From: Chitinophagales bacterium
GTDB taxonomy: Bacteria; Bacteroidota; Bacteroidia; Chitinophagales; LD1
Assembly: GCA_044228435.1 (NCBI GenBank)
Contig: JBGAUW010000005.1
Coordinates: forward strand, 76,061 to 140,060
Direction of reading: 5' to 3'
DNA length: 64,000 nt
This document shows positions 24,922-35,037 of this stretch, one piece after another. Position 1 is the stretch's first letter; every line of letters starts with the position of its first letter. The notes below the pieces were generated by a model. The model searched no databases, had not been told where the DNA came from, and saw only the letters and a program-made list of their open reading frames with translations. Position numbers and translations under genes: made by a program.

Positions 24922-27126
24922 TTAGTTCGCCATTTCGCTCATAAACTTAATGCGCATCAGCTGTAGGTTTTCTATATCTACATCATCGTTTTTAAACTCT
25001 TCGCAGGCAGCATCTAACGAATCGGTAGGGGCTGTGCGATAGTATTCGTATATGTCCTCAATCAAATCCTCATCTAAAACTGTTTCTAAATAATAATCGA
25101 GGTTAAGTTTGGTACCGCTATTTACAATCGTTTCTAATTCATGAATCAGCTCAGGGCGCTTTTTACCAAGCATTTTGGCAATCTCATCAATCGAAATCTT
25201 TTTATCGATGGCCTGTATAATCCTGATTTTATCGCCGCTTTTGTTTACCACACCCTTCACTACAAAATCGGTAGGGCGCTCTATGTCGTTCTCTTCAACA
25301 TACTTTTTAATCGCCTCTATAAATTTCTTACCGTAGCGCTCGGCCTTACCTTTACTAACCCCACTAATGTTGCATAGCTCATCCATACTAATAGGGTACT
25401 TGGTAGCCATCTCTTCCAACGATGAATCCTGGAAGATAACGTATGGCGGCAGGTTGTGCTGCTTACCTACCTGCTTGCGCAGTTCCTTAAGCATGTTAAG
25501 CACCTGTGGGTCTAATACGCCACGGCTTGCGCTGCCATCTTCTACAATTACATCGCTGCCATCATCTTCGTAGTTGTGATTTATAGAAACCTTCATTACG
25601 CGCGGTTTGCGTAAAAACTCGTGACCGCGGGCTGTAATTTTTAATAAACCATATTGCTCAATATCCTTATCCAGCAAACCGGCCATCATAGCATGGCGGA
25701 TAACCGAGTTCCAGTGGTGCTCGTCTTTATCGGAGCCATTACCAAACCAAGGTTGCTTATCGTATTTAAAGTCGGTAACTTCTTTTCCTTTTTTACCTAT
25801 CAACAACTTGGTTACGTAAGGTAAATCGTGGTTTTCTTTTACCGCGCGTATAACTGTAAGGGCCAGCTTGGTATCTTCCGTTACATCCAGTTTTTCTTTC
25901 GGGTGTTTGCAGTTATCGCACATGCAGTTGCAATCTTTGGCGTTAAACTCTTCGCCAAAGTAATGCAGTAAAAATTTACGACGACACTCGGCACTTTCTA
26001 TATAAGCAACGGTTTCGTTAATCAGCTGTATGTTGCGCTCGCGCTCTGCTACGCTCTTATCGCGCAGTAGCTTTTCGAGCTTCGAAATATCTTTATACGA
26101 AAAATACACTACACACTCTCCGTCCAGCCCGTCGCGGCCGGCACGGCCTGTTTCCTGATAGTAGTTTTCTAAGCTTTTAGGTATATCGTAGTGTATTACA
26201 AAGCGGATATCCGGCTTATCTATACCCATACCAAAGGCAATGGTAGCCACTATTACATCCAGCTCTTCCATCAAAAAGGCATCCTGGGTTTGAGTGCGCA
26301 GTTTACCCTCCAGCCCGGCGTGGTAAGGCTGGGCCTTAATACCATTGGCGCGCAAAACCTCCGACAAATCATCGCAGGTTTTGCGGTTAATAACATAAAT
26401 AATACCGCTTTTACCCGGGCGCTGTTTTATAAACTGCACCATATTTTTAATGGCCAGCTGCGGTGTTTTTTTGCTGCGGATTTCGTAATAAAGGTTGGGC
26501 CTGTTAAACGACGAAATAAAAATGTTGGGCTTTTTAAGCTCCAGCGTTTTTACAATATCGCTTTGCACCTTAGGGGTTGCCGTAGCCGTAAGGGCTATGA
26601 TGGGGAACTTTTGATTGAGGGCCGTAATAATTTCGCGTATGCGGCGATACTCGGGCCTAAAATCGTGTCCCCATTCCGATATACAGTGGGCCTCATCAAC
26701 CGCAATAAAGCTAACCCTTACTTCTTTAAAAAGGTCTACCGTATCCTGCTTGGTAAGCGTTTCGGGCGCTACATAGAGCATTTTGGTTTTGCCCTCTTTA
26801 ATATCCTTAATAACCACATTGCGCTCGGTGCGGTTAAGCGACGAGTTTAAAAAGTGGGCTATGCTGTCTTTATCTGAGTAGTTACGCACCAGGTCTACCT
26901 GGTTTTTCATAAGGGCGATAAGCGGCGAAATAATAATAGCCACCCCCTCGCTCATAATGGCGGGCAATTGGTAGCAAAGCGACTTGCCGCCTCCGGTAGG
27001 CATAATTACAAAGGTATCTTTGCCGGCCAGCACCGATTTAACGATTGCCTCCTGGGTACCTTTAAATTTGGTAAAGCCGAAAAACTCCTGTAGGGCTTCC
27101 TGTGGGCTCATTTCTGCTATAGTCAT
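24922..27126 (-). CDS. recQ: ATP-dependent DNA helicase RecQ
   Basis: 734-aa ORF. Motif I PTGGGKS, DEAH box VDEAHCISEWGHDFRPEY, Zn-binding Cys cluster (CRRKFLLHYFGE...CDNC), C-terminal HRDC-like region. Confidence 0.95.
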   Translation of the reverse strand: MTIAEMSPQEALQEFFGFTKFKGTQEAIVKSVLAGKDTFVIMPTGGGKSLCYQLPAIMSEGVAIIISPLIALMKNQVDLVRNYSDKDSIAHFLNSSLNRTERNVVIKDIKEGKTKMLYVAPETLTKQDTVDLFKEVRVSFIAVDEAHCISEWGHDFRPEYRRIREIITALNQKFPIIALTATATPKVQSDIVKTLELKKPNIFISSFNRPNLYYEIRSKKTPQLAIKNMVQFIKQRPGKSGIIYVINRKTCDDLSEVLRANGIKAQPYHAGLEGKLRTQTQDAFLMEELDVIVATIAFGMGIDKPDIRFVIHYDIPKSLENYYQETGRAGRDGLDGECVVYFSYKDISKLEKLLRDKSVAERERNIQLINETVAYIESAECRRKFLLHYFGEEFNAKDCNCMCDNCKHPKEKLDVTEDTKLALTVIRAVKENHDLPYVTKLLIGKKGKEVTDFKYDKQPWFGNGSDKDEHHWNSVIRHAMMAGLLDKDIEQYGLLKITARGHEFLRKPRVMKVSINHNYEDDGSDVIVEDGSASRGVLDPQVLNMLKELRKQVGKQHNLPPYVIFQDSSLEEMATKYPISMDELCNISGVSKGKAERYGKKFIEAIKKYVEENDIERPTDFVVKGVVNKSGDKIRIIQAIDKKISIDEIAKMLGKKRPELIHELETIVNSGTKLNLDYYLETVLDEDLIEDIYEYYRTAPTDSLDAACEEFKNDDVDIENLQLMRIKFMSEMAN

Positions 27127-27408
27127 AATCCTTAATTTTTTTGATGTAAAACTACCTCTCTATATAGCGTATGTTTATTTGCGTGCTTTAAAATAATTCT
27201 TTTTTTAAAAAAGGATGGCGAATTTAAAAACAAGTTTTGAAGAAAGCAGGGGGTTACGAATTATTATGAGATGGTTTTTATATACGAATAAATAGGATGC
27301 TTGTTGCAAAGCTTAAAGCTTGTGCAAGTAGCTGTTATTCAACCGTTTTGAATGGAAACCACCCATGTAGGGGCGGCCTTTGGTGTAAAATAAGATAACG
27401 CAACCCAT

Positions 27409-27438
27409 TTTGACACACCGTTTGAATAATTACTTTTG
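27409..27438 (+). promoter_or_regulatory. Bacteroidota-type promoter candidate for the guanylyltransferase gene
   Basis: TTTG at 27409-27412 and TACTTTTG (TAnnTTTG) at 27431-27438, 18-nt spacing, 25 nt upstream of the ATG at 27464. Confidence 0.4.
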
Positions 27439-27463
27439 CGCCTCTTTAAAATAAGCATCACTA

Positions 27464-28543
27464 ATGAGCAACACATACGTTGCAATAATGGCGGGAGGAA
27501 TTGGTAGCCGTTTTTGGCCCGAAAGCAGAACCGCCAAGCCCAAACAGTTTTTAGATATACTGAACACCGGCAAAACGCTGCTGCAGATGACCTATCAGCG
27601 TTTTGAGCACATTGTACCCAAAGAAAATATTTACGTGGTAACCGCCGAGGCCTACGAAAACCTGGTAAAAGAGCAGCTGCCCCACCTGAGCGACTCGCAG
27701 ATTTTAAAGGAGCCCATGCGCCGTAACACCGCGCCATGCATTACCTACGCCTGCGATAAAATTTATGCCCGCGATAAAAATGCTACGGTGGTAATAGCCG
27801 CCAGCGACCACCTTATACTGGAAGAAACCCGGTTTTTGGAGGTAGTGCAAAAATGTGTTGACTTTGTTAAAAATAATACCTACCTGGTAACTATAGGGGT
27901 TAAGCCAAGTAAACCCTCTACCGGCTACGGCTATATACAGTTTGAAGACGAAACCGGAAAAGACGGCTTTTATAAGGTAAAAACCTTTACCGAAAAACCG
28001 ACCCTTGATATTGCCAAAATGTTTTTAAACAGCGGTGATTTTTTATGGAACAGTGGTATGTTTGTGTGGAAGGCCAAAACACTTTTACAGGCCGTAGTTA
28101 AACACCTGCCCGAAATTGCAGAGGCCTTTAGGGAAGCCCATAAACATTACAATACGCCCGGCGAGGCCCGTTTTATACAACAGGTTTACTCGCAATGCAC
28201 CAATATTTCGATTGATTACGGCGTTATGGAAAAGGCCGATAACGTTTATACCATTCCGGCGCAGTTTGGTTGGAGCGATATAGGCTCGTGGGATTCGCTG
28301 TATGAGGTTTACGAGCACGATTACCTGGGTAACGCTGTTGCAGGCAAAAACGTAAAAATTTACGATTCGTCGAACAACATGATAATGGTGCCTAAGGATA
28401 AACTGGTAGTGCTGCAGGGCCTGACTGGTTATTGTGTAGTAGATACCGGCGATGTGCTGCTGGTTTGCGAAAAAGCGAAGGAACAGGAGATTAAGCAGAT
28501 AACGGTTGACTTAAAAGTAGCCGACCTGGATAAGTATCTTTAA
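27464..28543 (+). CDS. mannose-1-phosphate guanylyltransferase
   Basis: 359-aa ORF. N-terminal nucleotidyltransferase motif AIMAGGIGSRFWPESR. Length and C-terminus are typical of the ManC-type enzyme without a PMI domain. Confidence 0.85.
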   Translation: MSNTYVAIMAGGIGSRFWPESRTAKPKQFLDILNTGKTLLQMTYQRFEHIVPKENIYVVTAEAYENLVKEQLPHLSDSQILKEPMRRNTAPCITYACDKIYARDKNATVVIAASDHLILEETRFLEVVQKCVDFVKNNTYLVTIGVKPSKPSTGYGYIQFEDETGKDGFYKVKTFTEKPTLDIAKMFLNSGDFLWNSGMFVWKAKTLLQAVVKHLPEIAEAFREAHKHYNTPGEARFIQQVYSQCTNISIDYGVMEKADNVYTIPAQFGWSDIGSWDSLYEVYEHDYLGNAVAGKNVKIYDSSNNMIMVPKDKLVVLQGLTGYCVVDTGDVLLVCEKAKEQEIKQITVDLKVADLDKYL

Positions 28544-28620
28544 GAGGGAAAAAGATTAACCAATTCATTTTAGCGTTTGCTTTTTGTATTGTCTGATTGT
28601 TCAATTTACTTTTCAAACAA

Positions 28621-29775
28621 ATGATTTTCCCTTCCTCAGTAAGTTCAAAGCTTCCTAACACAGGCACCACCATTTTTACGGTTATGAGTGCCCTGGCAAA
28701 GGAGCATAATGCCATTAACCTCTCGCAGGGGTTTCCGGATTTTAAGCCACACCCCGTATTAATAGAAGAAGTAGAAAAAGCTATGCGTGGCAGCCATAAC
28801 CAATATGCCCCCATGGCCGGCAATGTGCTTTTGCGCGAACGCATTGCCGAAAAAGCAGAGGCCCTTTACGGTGCTAAAATTGAGCCCGATACAGAAGTTA
28901 CTATAACCGCCGGTGGCACACAGGCTATTTTTACGGCCATACTATCGGTAATACGCGAAGATGACGAGGTTATTTTGTTTGCACCTGCCTATGATAGCTA
29001 CGCCCCTGCGGTAGAGTTAGCAGGAGGCAAAGCCATTTTTTACGACCTGGAATCGCCGGATTATAAAGTTGATTGGCAAAAGGTAAAGCGCCTGATAAAC
29101 CAGCGCACCAAAATGCTTATCATAAACACTCCGCACAACCCTACCGGCTCTACCCTAAAAGCCAACGATATGGCGGAATTAGAGAAGCTGATTAAGGGGA
29201 GCGATATAATGCTGATAAGCGATGAAGTTTATGAGCATATTATTTTTGATGGCATAAAGCATGAGAGCGTGTTGCGTCACCCCAGGCTGGCCGAACGCAG
29301 TTTTGTTATTGGCAGCTTTGGTAAAACCTACCACAACACTGGTTGGAAATTAGGCTACTGCATTGCCCCTAAAAATTTAACTGTCGAGTTCCGCAAGGTA
29401 CACCAGTTTAATGTGTTTAGTGTAAACTCGGTAGCGCAAGAGGCCTTTGCACAAATTTTACCCCGCAAGGAATTGTATTTGGAATTAAACGCCTTTTACC
29501 AGCAAAAGCGCGATTTTTTCCGCAGAGCTATTCAATCATCCCGCTTTAATTTACTTAACTGCGAGGGCACCTATTTTCAATTAGTATCGTACAGCCGCAT
29601 TAGCGATGAACGCGATATTGAATTTGTAAAACGCCTTACCCGCGATAATGGCGTGGCGGCTATACCGGTATCGGTTTTTTACCGCCATAACATAGATAAC
29701 AGCGTAATTAGGTTTTGCTTTGCTAAAGAAGAAGAAACCCTTAAACGGGCAGCCGAGCAGCTATCGCGCATTTAA
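28621..29775 (+). CDS. PLP-dependent aminotransferase class I/II (YbdL/methionine aminotransferase-like)
   Basis: The ORF track starts at a TTG at 28597; the ATG at 28621 is preferred. NTPHNPTG block and PLP-Lys context SFGKTYHNTGWKLGY. Confidence 0.85.
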   Translation: MIFPSSVSSKLPNTGTTIFTVMSALAKEHNAINLSQGFPDFKPHPVLIEEVEKAMRGSHNQYAPMAGNVLLRERIAEKAEALYGAKIEPDTEVTITAGGTQAIFTAILSVIREDDEVILFAPAYDSYAPAVELAGGKAIFYDLESPDYKVDWQKVKRLINQRTKMLIINTPHNPTGSTLKANDMAELEKLIKGSDIMLISDEVYEHIIFDGIKHESVLRHPRLAERSFVIGSFGKTYHNTGWKLGYCIAPKNLTVEFRKVHQFNVFSVNSVAQEAFAQILPRKELYLELNAFYQQKRDFFRRAIQSSRFNLLNCEGTYFQLVSYSRISDERDIEFVKRLTRDNGVAAIPVSVFYRHNIDNSVIRFCFAKEEETLKRAAEQLSRI

Positions 29776-31103
29776 ATTAAATCGCGGGCCTTTAGCTCCA
29801 GGTATTTATTGATAGTGTTTACCGTTAACTGCTGCGGTGGGGTAAGTATGCTGTATATGCCGTGTTGCTTTAGCTCCTTCACTATTTGCCGTTTTTCAAA
29901 AGCAAATTTTTCGGCAATGGTTTTTTGGTAAATACCCTCGGTATCGGGTGCCGCATCTTTAATAAGGTCCTTAAGCTCTGTGTTCTCAAAAAATATAACT
30001 ACCACCACATGCCTTGCCGCAATTGATTTTAAATACTTCAGCTGCCGGTGCATACCCTGCAGCGATTCAAAATTAGTATACAGTAACACCAAACTGCGCT
30101 GTTGCAACTTACGCACTACTGTAGCATTTAGCAATTCGAAATTGGCATCTAAAAAACGGGTCTGTTCACGATACAGGGCTTCCTGTATTTTATTCATCTG
30201 TGTAGCACGGCTTTCGGCCGGCACCAGCGAGTTTATCTTTTCGGAAAAAGAAACAAGCCCCGGCTTATCGCCCTTTTTAAGTGCTATGTTGGATATAACC
30301 AGTGCAGCGTTAATTGAATAGTCCAGCAAAGTCATTCCCTCAAACGGCATTTTCATTAACCGGCTCTTATCTATGATGGAGTATACATGCTGGCTTTTCT
30401 CATCCTGAAACTGGTTAACCATTAGTTGGTTTTTGCGGGCGGTAGCTTTCCAGTTTACAGTACGGTAATCATCGCCCTGCACATACTCGCGTATTTTTTC
30501 AAACTCCATACTATGCCCTATGCGCCGTATTTTTTTTAGCCCATAATCGCTTAACCGGTTAGATATGGCGAGTAGTTCGTACTTACGCATTTGCAAAAAC
30601 GAAGGGTATACCGGTACCATCTTATCTGCACTAAAAACAAACCGGCGGCTTACCAGCCCTATAACGCTGGTGGCAAAAACGTTTACACCACCAAAGCTAT
30701 ACTCGCCGCGCTCAACCGGCTTTAGGCTGTAGCTTATTTTTTTGTTTGTTCCGGGCGAAAGCGTGGTAAAAAACAAAAGGTCGCGCCGCTGAAACTGGTG
30801 AGGTATTTCGTCTATTACCCTTAGGTTAACACCAAAGCTAAAGTTGTTCTCTATATAAATATTAAGCTCATTATCATCACCGTTCGATAGCCGCTCCGGG
30901 GTTAACCTGGTACCAACTATGCCGCTTTTTTTGCCAAACAGCATTAGTGTTTCCACCAGTGTAACCAGCAGCACCACAAAAAATAACACCTGCGCAATTA
31001 CAAACAAGCCTTTAACAGCAGCGCTTAAAGTAAACAGCACTACCAGGCCTGCCAGTATGGCAAACAAACGTTTTTGCAAAAAAATGGTGCGAAAAAATTC
31101 CAT
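29772..31103 (-). CDS. DUF58 domain-containing protein
   Basis: 443-aa ORF. Two N-terminal TM helices and the DUF58 signature REYVQGDDYRTVNWKATAR. Lies 7 nt downstream of MoxR. Confidence 0.8.
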   Translation of the reverse strand: MEFFRTIFLQKRLFAILAGLVVLFTLSAAVKGLFVIAQVLFFVVLLVTLVETLMLFGKKSGIVGTRLTPERLSNGDDNELNIYIENNFSFGVNLRVIDEIPHQFQRRDLLFFTTLSPGTNKKISYSLKPVERGEYSFGGVNVFATSVIGLVSRRFVFSADKMVPVYPSFLQMRKYELLAISNRLSDYGLKKIRRIGHSMEFEKIREYVQGDDYRTVNWKATARKNQLMVNQFQDEKSQHVYSIIDKSRLMKMPFEGMTLLDYSINAALVISNIALKKGDKPGLVSFSEKINSLVPAESRATQMNKIQEALYREQTRFLDANFELLNATVVRKLQQRSLVLLYTNFESLQGMHRQLKYLKSIAARHVVVVIFFENTELKDLIKDAAPDTEGIYQKTIAEKFAFEKRQIVKELKQHGIYSILTPPQQLTVNTINKYLELKARDLI

Positions 31104-31110
31104 GTTCTTT

Positions 31111-32091
31111 TTATCGTGGTACGTCTACCGATTTCATTAACGCATCTATCACTTCATTGGTAGTAGCACCCTCCATTTCTTTTTCGGGAGTTAAAATAAT
31201 GCGGTGTCGCATTACCGGCTTGGCCGCAAAGGTTATATCATCGGGTGTTACAAAGTTGCGGCCGCGTATAGCTGCCAATGCTTTTGATGCTGCCAATAAA
31301 GCCAGCGATGCCCTTGGCGAGGCCCCTACATATAAATCAACATTATCGCGGGTTTTAGCCGTTAAGCGGGCAATAAATTCAATTAGCTTAGGCTCTATGT
31401 ATACATGGCGCACCGCTTTTTGGTATGCCTTTAAATCGGTTACACTTAAAACCGCATTTACCGTATTCAAATCATTTACGCCACCCCGTTCCTGAAAGTC
31501 GTTTAGTATCTGAATTTCATTTTCCAGCGTAGGGTAGTTAACCTCTATTTTATAAATAAACCGGTCCAGCTGCGCTTCGGGCAAACGATAAGTGCCTTCA
31601 TGCTCAATGGGGTTTTGTGTGGCAAACACTATAAACGGTTCTTCCATTATATAGGTTTTCGAATCCAGCGAAACCTGGCGCTCTTCCATTATTTCAAACA
31701 ATGCCGCCTGCGTTTTTGCCGGTGCCCGGTTAATCTCGTCAATTAAAATAACGTTTGAAAAGATGGGCCCGCGCCTAAATTCAAACTCGCTGGCTTTAAA
31801 GTTGAAAATATTTGTACCCAAAATATCGCTGGGCATTAAGTCGGGCGTAAACTGAATGCGCGAAAAACCGGCCGATATACAGCGCGCAATAATTTTTGCA
31901 GTAAGGGTTTTTGCTACCCCCGGCACACCCTCAATAAGCACGTGCCCGTTGCTTAGTATAGCCGTAAGCAACAAGTCAATCATTTGCTCTTGCCCCACTA
32001 TTATTTTATGCACTTCGGTCTTTATTTGCGTAACGGCCTCGCGTAGCTTTTCTAATTCGGGGTTCGGGTTTTGCTGAACTAAATCTTCCAT
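31111..32091 (-). CDS. MoxR-family AAA+ ATPase (canonical MoxR-proper type)
   Basis: 326-aa ORF. Walker A GVPGVAKT, Walker B ILIDEINRA, FATQNPIEHEGTYRLPEAQLDRF block. Confidence 0.9.
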   Translation of the reverse strand: MEDLVQQNPNPELEKLREAVTQIKTEVHKIIVGQEQMIDLLLTAILSNGHVLIEGVPGVAKTLTAKIIARCISAGFSRIQFTPDLMPSDILGTNIFNFKASEFEFRRGPIFSNVILIDEINRAPAKTQAALFEIMEERQVSLDSKTYIMEEPFIVFATQNPIEHEGTYRLPEAQLDRFIYKIEVNYPTLENEIQILNDFQERGGVNDLNTVNAVLSVTDLKAYQKAVRHVYIEPKLIEFIARLTAKTRDNVDLYVGASPRASLALLAASKALAAIRGRNFVTPDDITFAAKPVMRHRIILTPEKEMEGATTNEVIDALMKSVDVPR

Positions 32092-32097
32092 CTGTTT

Positions 32098-33357
32098 TTA
32101 TTTATTGGTTAAACCTGATTCGTTATAAAATTTTTCGAGCGCCGCATTAAAGGCGATTAAAGTTTGCTCATTTATACTACGTTGTTCGCGTATATAGTTA
32201 AAATATATCCTGAATATTTCTTTTACTGTTTCCTTTTCGGTATTGCTTTTATAGGCGAGCTTTTCCTGAAAATCTTCATTGGTTAAGTTAGTGGCCAGGT
32301 AGTAATGGTTCCGCACCCGCTCTAAAAAATAGGTCATTTTTTTCTCTGCTAAATCGCGGTGGTCTTTTTGCTGATAATATAAAGTGCCCACGGTGCGTGC
32401 GAACTCCAGCGAAAGATTTCTGAACGGTTCTATAATAGGGATTATGCGCTGCTGCCGCCGGGCATAAACCAGTACATAAATAAGTATAGAAAATATAGCT
32501 AAGTAATAAGCCCAGCGGTATGCAGGCACCGATAAAATGTAGCGCAGGGGTGTTTGGGCCGCACGAAATTTATTCGGTTTGTAATATTCATCCCAAAATA
32601 CAGTTTGATTAGGCAAATACGACAGGCACTTGGCCACATACTCGTTGTTATTGGCTTTAAGCATATTGTAATTTGTAAAAGCTATTGGGAACGAATGGAT
32701 ATAAAAACTGCCTTCGCCCAGCGGTATGCGCGCAAAATTCACATCGTCGCCCGCATAAGTGCCCAGTGCAAAGCGCGGCAGCCGATTATGATAATGCTCC
32801 AACAACACCGGCGTTTTTTTTGCCACTGAATCAACATCGATTATTTTATAGTTTACATAGCCCTGCTTAAAATTATAGCTCTGCCCGCCTTGCAACGCCG
32901 GGTTTAAAAAATAGAGTGGCGTTGTTTTTCCGGAATCGGAATTTGCAAGCCTGCCATAGGCAATAGTTTCGGTAATGCTTATACCTAACGAATCTTCTAA
33001 AGCAGCAGAAAGGCCGTTTGTGGCAATAAAAACGTTGCCTCCTTCGCGCACAAAGTTCATCATGGCGTTTACATCCAGTTCATCGGCATTGCACTGGTTA
33101 TTAACTATTATAAAGTTTGCCGGCTGATTTTCCTGCTCGTTTACATAATTATAAAAAGGTACTTCGCTTGTAAAAACCTCGTTTTTCGCAAATAAGGTTT
33201 GCAGCTGTTTATAGAGGACAAAATTGCCATACGGTATTTTATCGGCCGATGAATAAGTGGGTGTCCAGTTTATTTCGGTGGGTTGCATTACTCCTATCAG
33301 CACCAAAAGCACTGCATAAAACACCAGTAAAAATAGTTGCAGTTTTTTCCCTTTCAC
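32098..33357 (-). CDS. DUF4350-like exported/membrane protein
   Basis: 419-aa ORF with a GTG start directly abutting the upstream stop. N-terminal TM and one late TM helix (WAYYLAIFSILIYVLVYA). Family call rests on position in the conserved cluster plus memory. Confidence 0.5.
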   Translation of the reverse strand: MKGKKLQLFLLVFYAVLLVLIGVMQPTEINWTPTYSSADKIPYGNFVLYKQLQTLFAKNEVFTSEVPFYNYVNEQENQPANFIIVNNQCNADELDVNAMMNFVREGGNVFIATNGLSAALEDSLGISITETIAYGRLANSDSGKTTPLYFLNPALQGGQSYNFKQGYVNYKIIDVDSVAKKTPVLLEHYHNRLPRFALGTYAGDDVNFARIPLGEGSFYIHSFPIAFTNYNMLKANNNEYVAKCLSYLPNQTVFWDEYYKPNKFRAAQTPLRYILSVPAYRWAYYLAIFSILIYVLVYARRQQRIIPIIEPFRNLSLEFARTVGTLYYQQKDHRDLAEKKMTYFLERVRNHYYLATNLTNEDFQEKLAYKSNTEKETVKEIFRIYFNYIREQRSINEQTLIAFNAALEKFYNESGLTNK

Positions 33358-34074
33358 TTACGCCCGGTATTGCTTTATCTGCCCGTAAAAACTTTCAAAA
33401 TGTCCCTTGGTTTGTAAATAATCTGCCTCTGTTACTTCTGCATTTCCATACCAGGCGTTTTCAAACGCGCTGGTCACCTCTAAAAATGCATGCCTTGCAT
33501 TTTCTCCTTTAAGTTCGTAGTAGTAGTCCATATTGGTTTTGCCGGGCTGCCAGCGTATCAGTTCCTTATCGGTTAGCAGGCGCAGGGCTTTCAAATATTG
33601 GTACCGTATACCCAGCCGCCATTGCCCTGCATTAAACGCTTGTGCAATCAACTCGTCCAGATTCATTTCGCGTATATTCTCTTCGGCAATCGAGTGTGGC
33701 ATTATGGCCTGCGATTCGGTTGCAAAAAGCCGCCTTATATCAATACCAAGCAGGTTTAATATAATTAGTAATACACTAACTATCATCAGGCCATAGGCTA
33801 ACACCCTGTAAATGGTTACCTCCTGTTCCGAAGAAAATAATTGCCGGAACAACTTGCCCAAATAATGCATTACAAGAGAGAAAAAATCCAGCTGCTCCGT
33901 TGCAACGGTTTCATACTCAAATTCGGGTTGGCTGCGGTATTTTTCAAGCGCAGTTTGATCAAACTTTCTTATTTCTATAGCGCTGCTATCCTGGGCTACC
34001 AGCGCATTTAATGCAAGCAGCAATAAGGCTAATAAAAAAGATTTGACAACAGTAAAATAAGGCCTGCGCTGCAT
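33358..34074 (-). CDS. DUF4129-like protein
   Basis: 238-aa ORF. Signal/TM, mid TM helix, C-terminal AFENAWYGNAEVTEADY resembling the DUF4129 C-terminal motif. Confidence 0.55.
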   Translation of the reverse strand: MQRRPYFTVVKSFLLALLLLALNALVAQDSSAIEIRKFDQTALEKYRSQPEFEYETVATEQLDFFSLVMHYLGKLFRQLFSSEQEVTIYRVLAYGLMIVSVLLIILNLLGIDIRRLFATESQAIMPHSIAEENIREMNLDELIAQAFNAGQWRLGIRYQYLKALRLLTDKELIRWQPGKTNMDYYYELKGENARHAFLEVTSAFENAWYGNAEVTEADYLQTKGHFESFYGQIKQYRA

Positions 34075-34092
34075 AGCTAATGGGTTGGCTAT

Positions 34093-35037
34093 TTATGCCT
34101 GTGGAGTTTCTGTGGAACCCAGGTTTTCAATCTGCTGCATTATATCAACGCCGTCTTTCCTTTCAACCAGGCTGTAGTACTGCACAACAAACGACATATT
34201 AATAAGCGACGACAACACGAACATACCGCAAAACATAAACATCATAGATACAGTACCCCACGTACCCATTTCAAACGAAGGGGTACCGCCATTTTTTACA
34301 CCATGCATAATACCGGTAAAAAAGATAGCATAAAAAGGAATAATAAAAATCAGGCTGGCTAGGTATACTACCATGTAAGTAGCAAAAAAGATTCCGAGGG
34401 TTTGCCACCAGTGGCCCTTAATAAGGTAAAATGCGCGCGAAATAGCCTCTAAAATTCCATTGCGTTCGCGCATGTAAATAAAAGGGGTAAAAGCCATGGT
34501 AATCATTAAATAAAAAAAGCCGAAAAACATGGCAATACCCAATAATACACCGCCCACCTTACCGCCAAAACTAAACACCGCAATGACAAGGCCTATTAAC
34601 AACACCATGCTAACCGAAAGCACTATTGCAAATACCACTATAAAACCAATAAAGCTTAAAAAGTCCTTCTTCATTCCATTCAAAATGTCGCTGGCCGTAA
34701 GTTTACCATCTTCGCTTGCCTCGTACTTCAAAAAAGTTGCAACCACTGCCAGGTATAGCAGTATACTGGCCAACATAATGCCGCCCATGCCTAAAAAAAT
34801 GTTAGCTGCACTATTTCGTATTGCGCTTTGGGATGCATACGGGTCGGTGTTGCCCATTATACTGAAAATAGAGGACATATAACGCGAATAAAAATAGCTG
34901 CCTACAATAAGCACCGGAAATACTACGTATAAAATAACCTGTAAAAGCGGCTTAAAAACTTCTTTTGCGAACGCAAAAGTCTCATTCATTACATCGCCAA
35001 AGTTGCGTGGTTTAAGCAGCTGAATTTTGTTTTCCAT
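34093..35037 (-). CDS. polytopic membrane protein (family unresolved)
   Basis: 314-aa ORF with about 6 TM helices. Overlaps the upstream gene by 26 nt. Confidence 0.5.
   Translation of the reverse strand: MENKIQLLKPRNFGDVMNETFAFAKEVFKPLLQVILYVVFPVLIVGSYFYSRYMSSIFSIMGNTDPYASQSAIRNSAANIFLGMGGIMLASILLYLAVVATFLKYEASEDGKLTASDILNGMKKDFLSFIGFIVVFAIVLSVSMVLLIGLVIAVFSFGGKVGGVLLGIAMFFGFFYLMITMAFTPFIYMRERNGILEAISRAFYLIKGHWWQTLGIFFATYMVVYLASLIFIIPFYAIFFTGIMHGVKNGGTPSFEMGTWGTVSMMFMFCGMFVLSSLINMSFVVQYYSLVERKDGVDIMQQIENLGSTETPQA

Noticed and set aside
26191-26850. 219-aa plus-strand ORF inside recQ
   Set aside because: It is antisense to an unmistakable RecQ helicase core and has no motifs of its own.
27127-27408. 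Possible riboswitch or sRNA in the 337-nt recQ-manC spacer (partial repeats ccgttttgaat / ccgtttgaat, imperfect ggtgtaaaat / attttgacacacc pairing)
   Set aside because: Only short imperfect pairings are present, with no resemblance to a riboswitch class I can name. Part of the gap is explained by a promoter-like TTTG-N18-TACTTTTG. An Rfam scan would be needed.
27339-27737. 132-aa minus-strand ORF crossing the recQ-manC spacer and the manC start
   Set aside because: The translation is Arg/Ala-rich and low-complexity. It overlaps the conserved nucleotidyltransferase N-terminus on the other strand.
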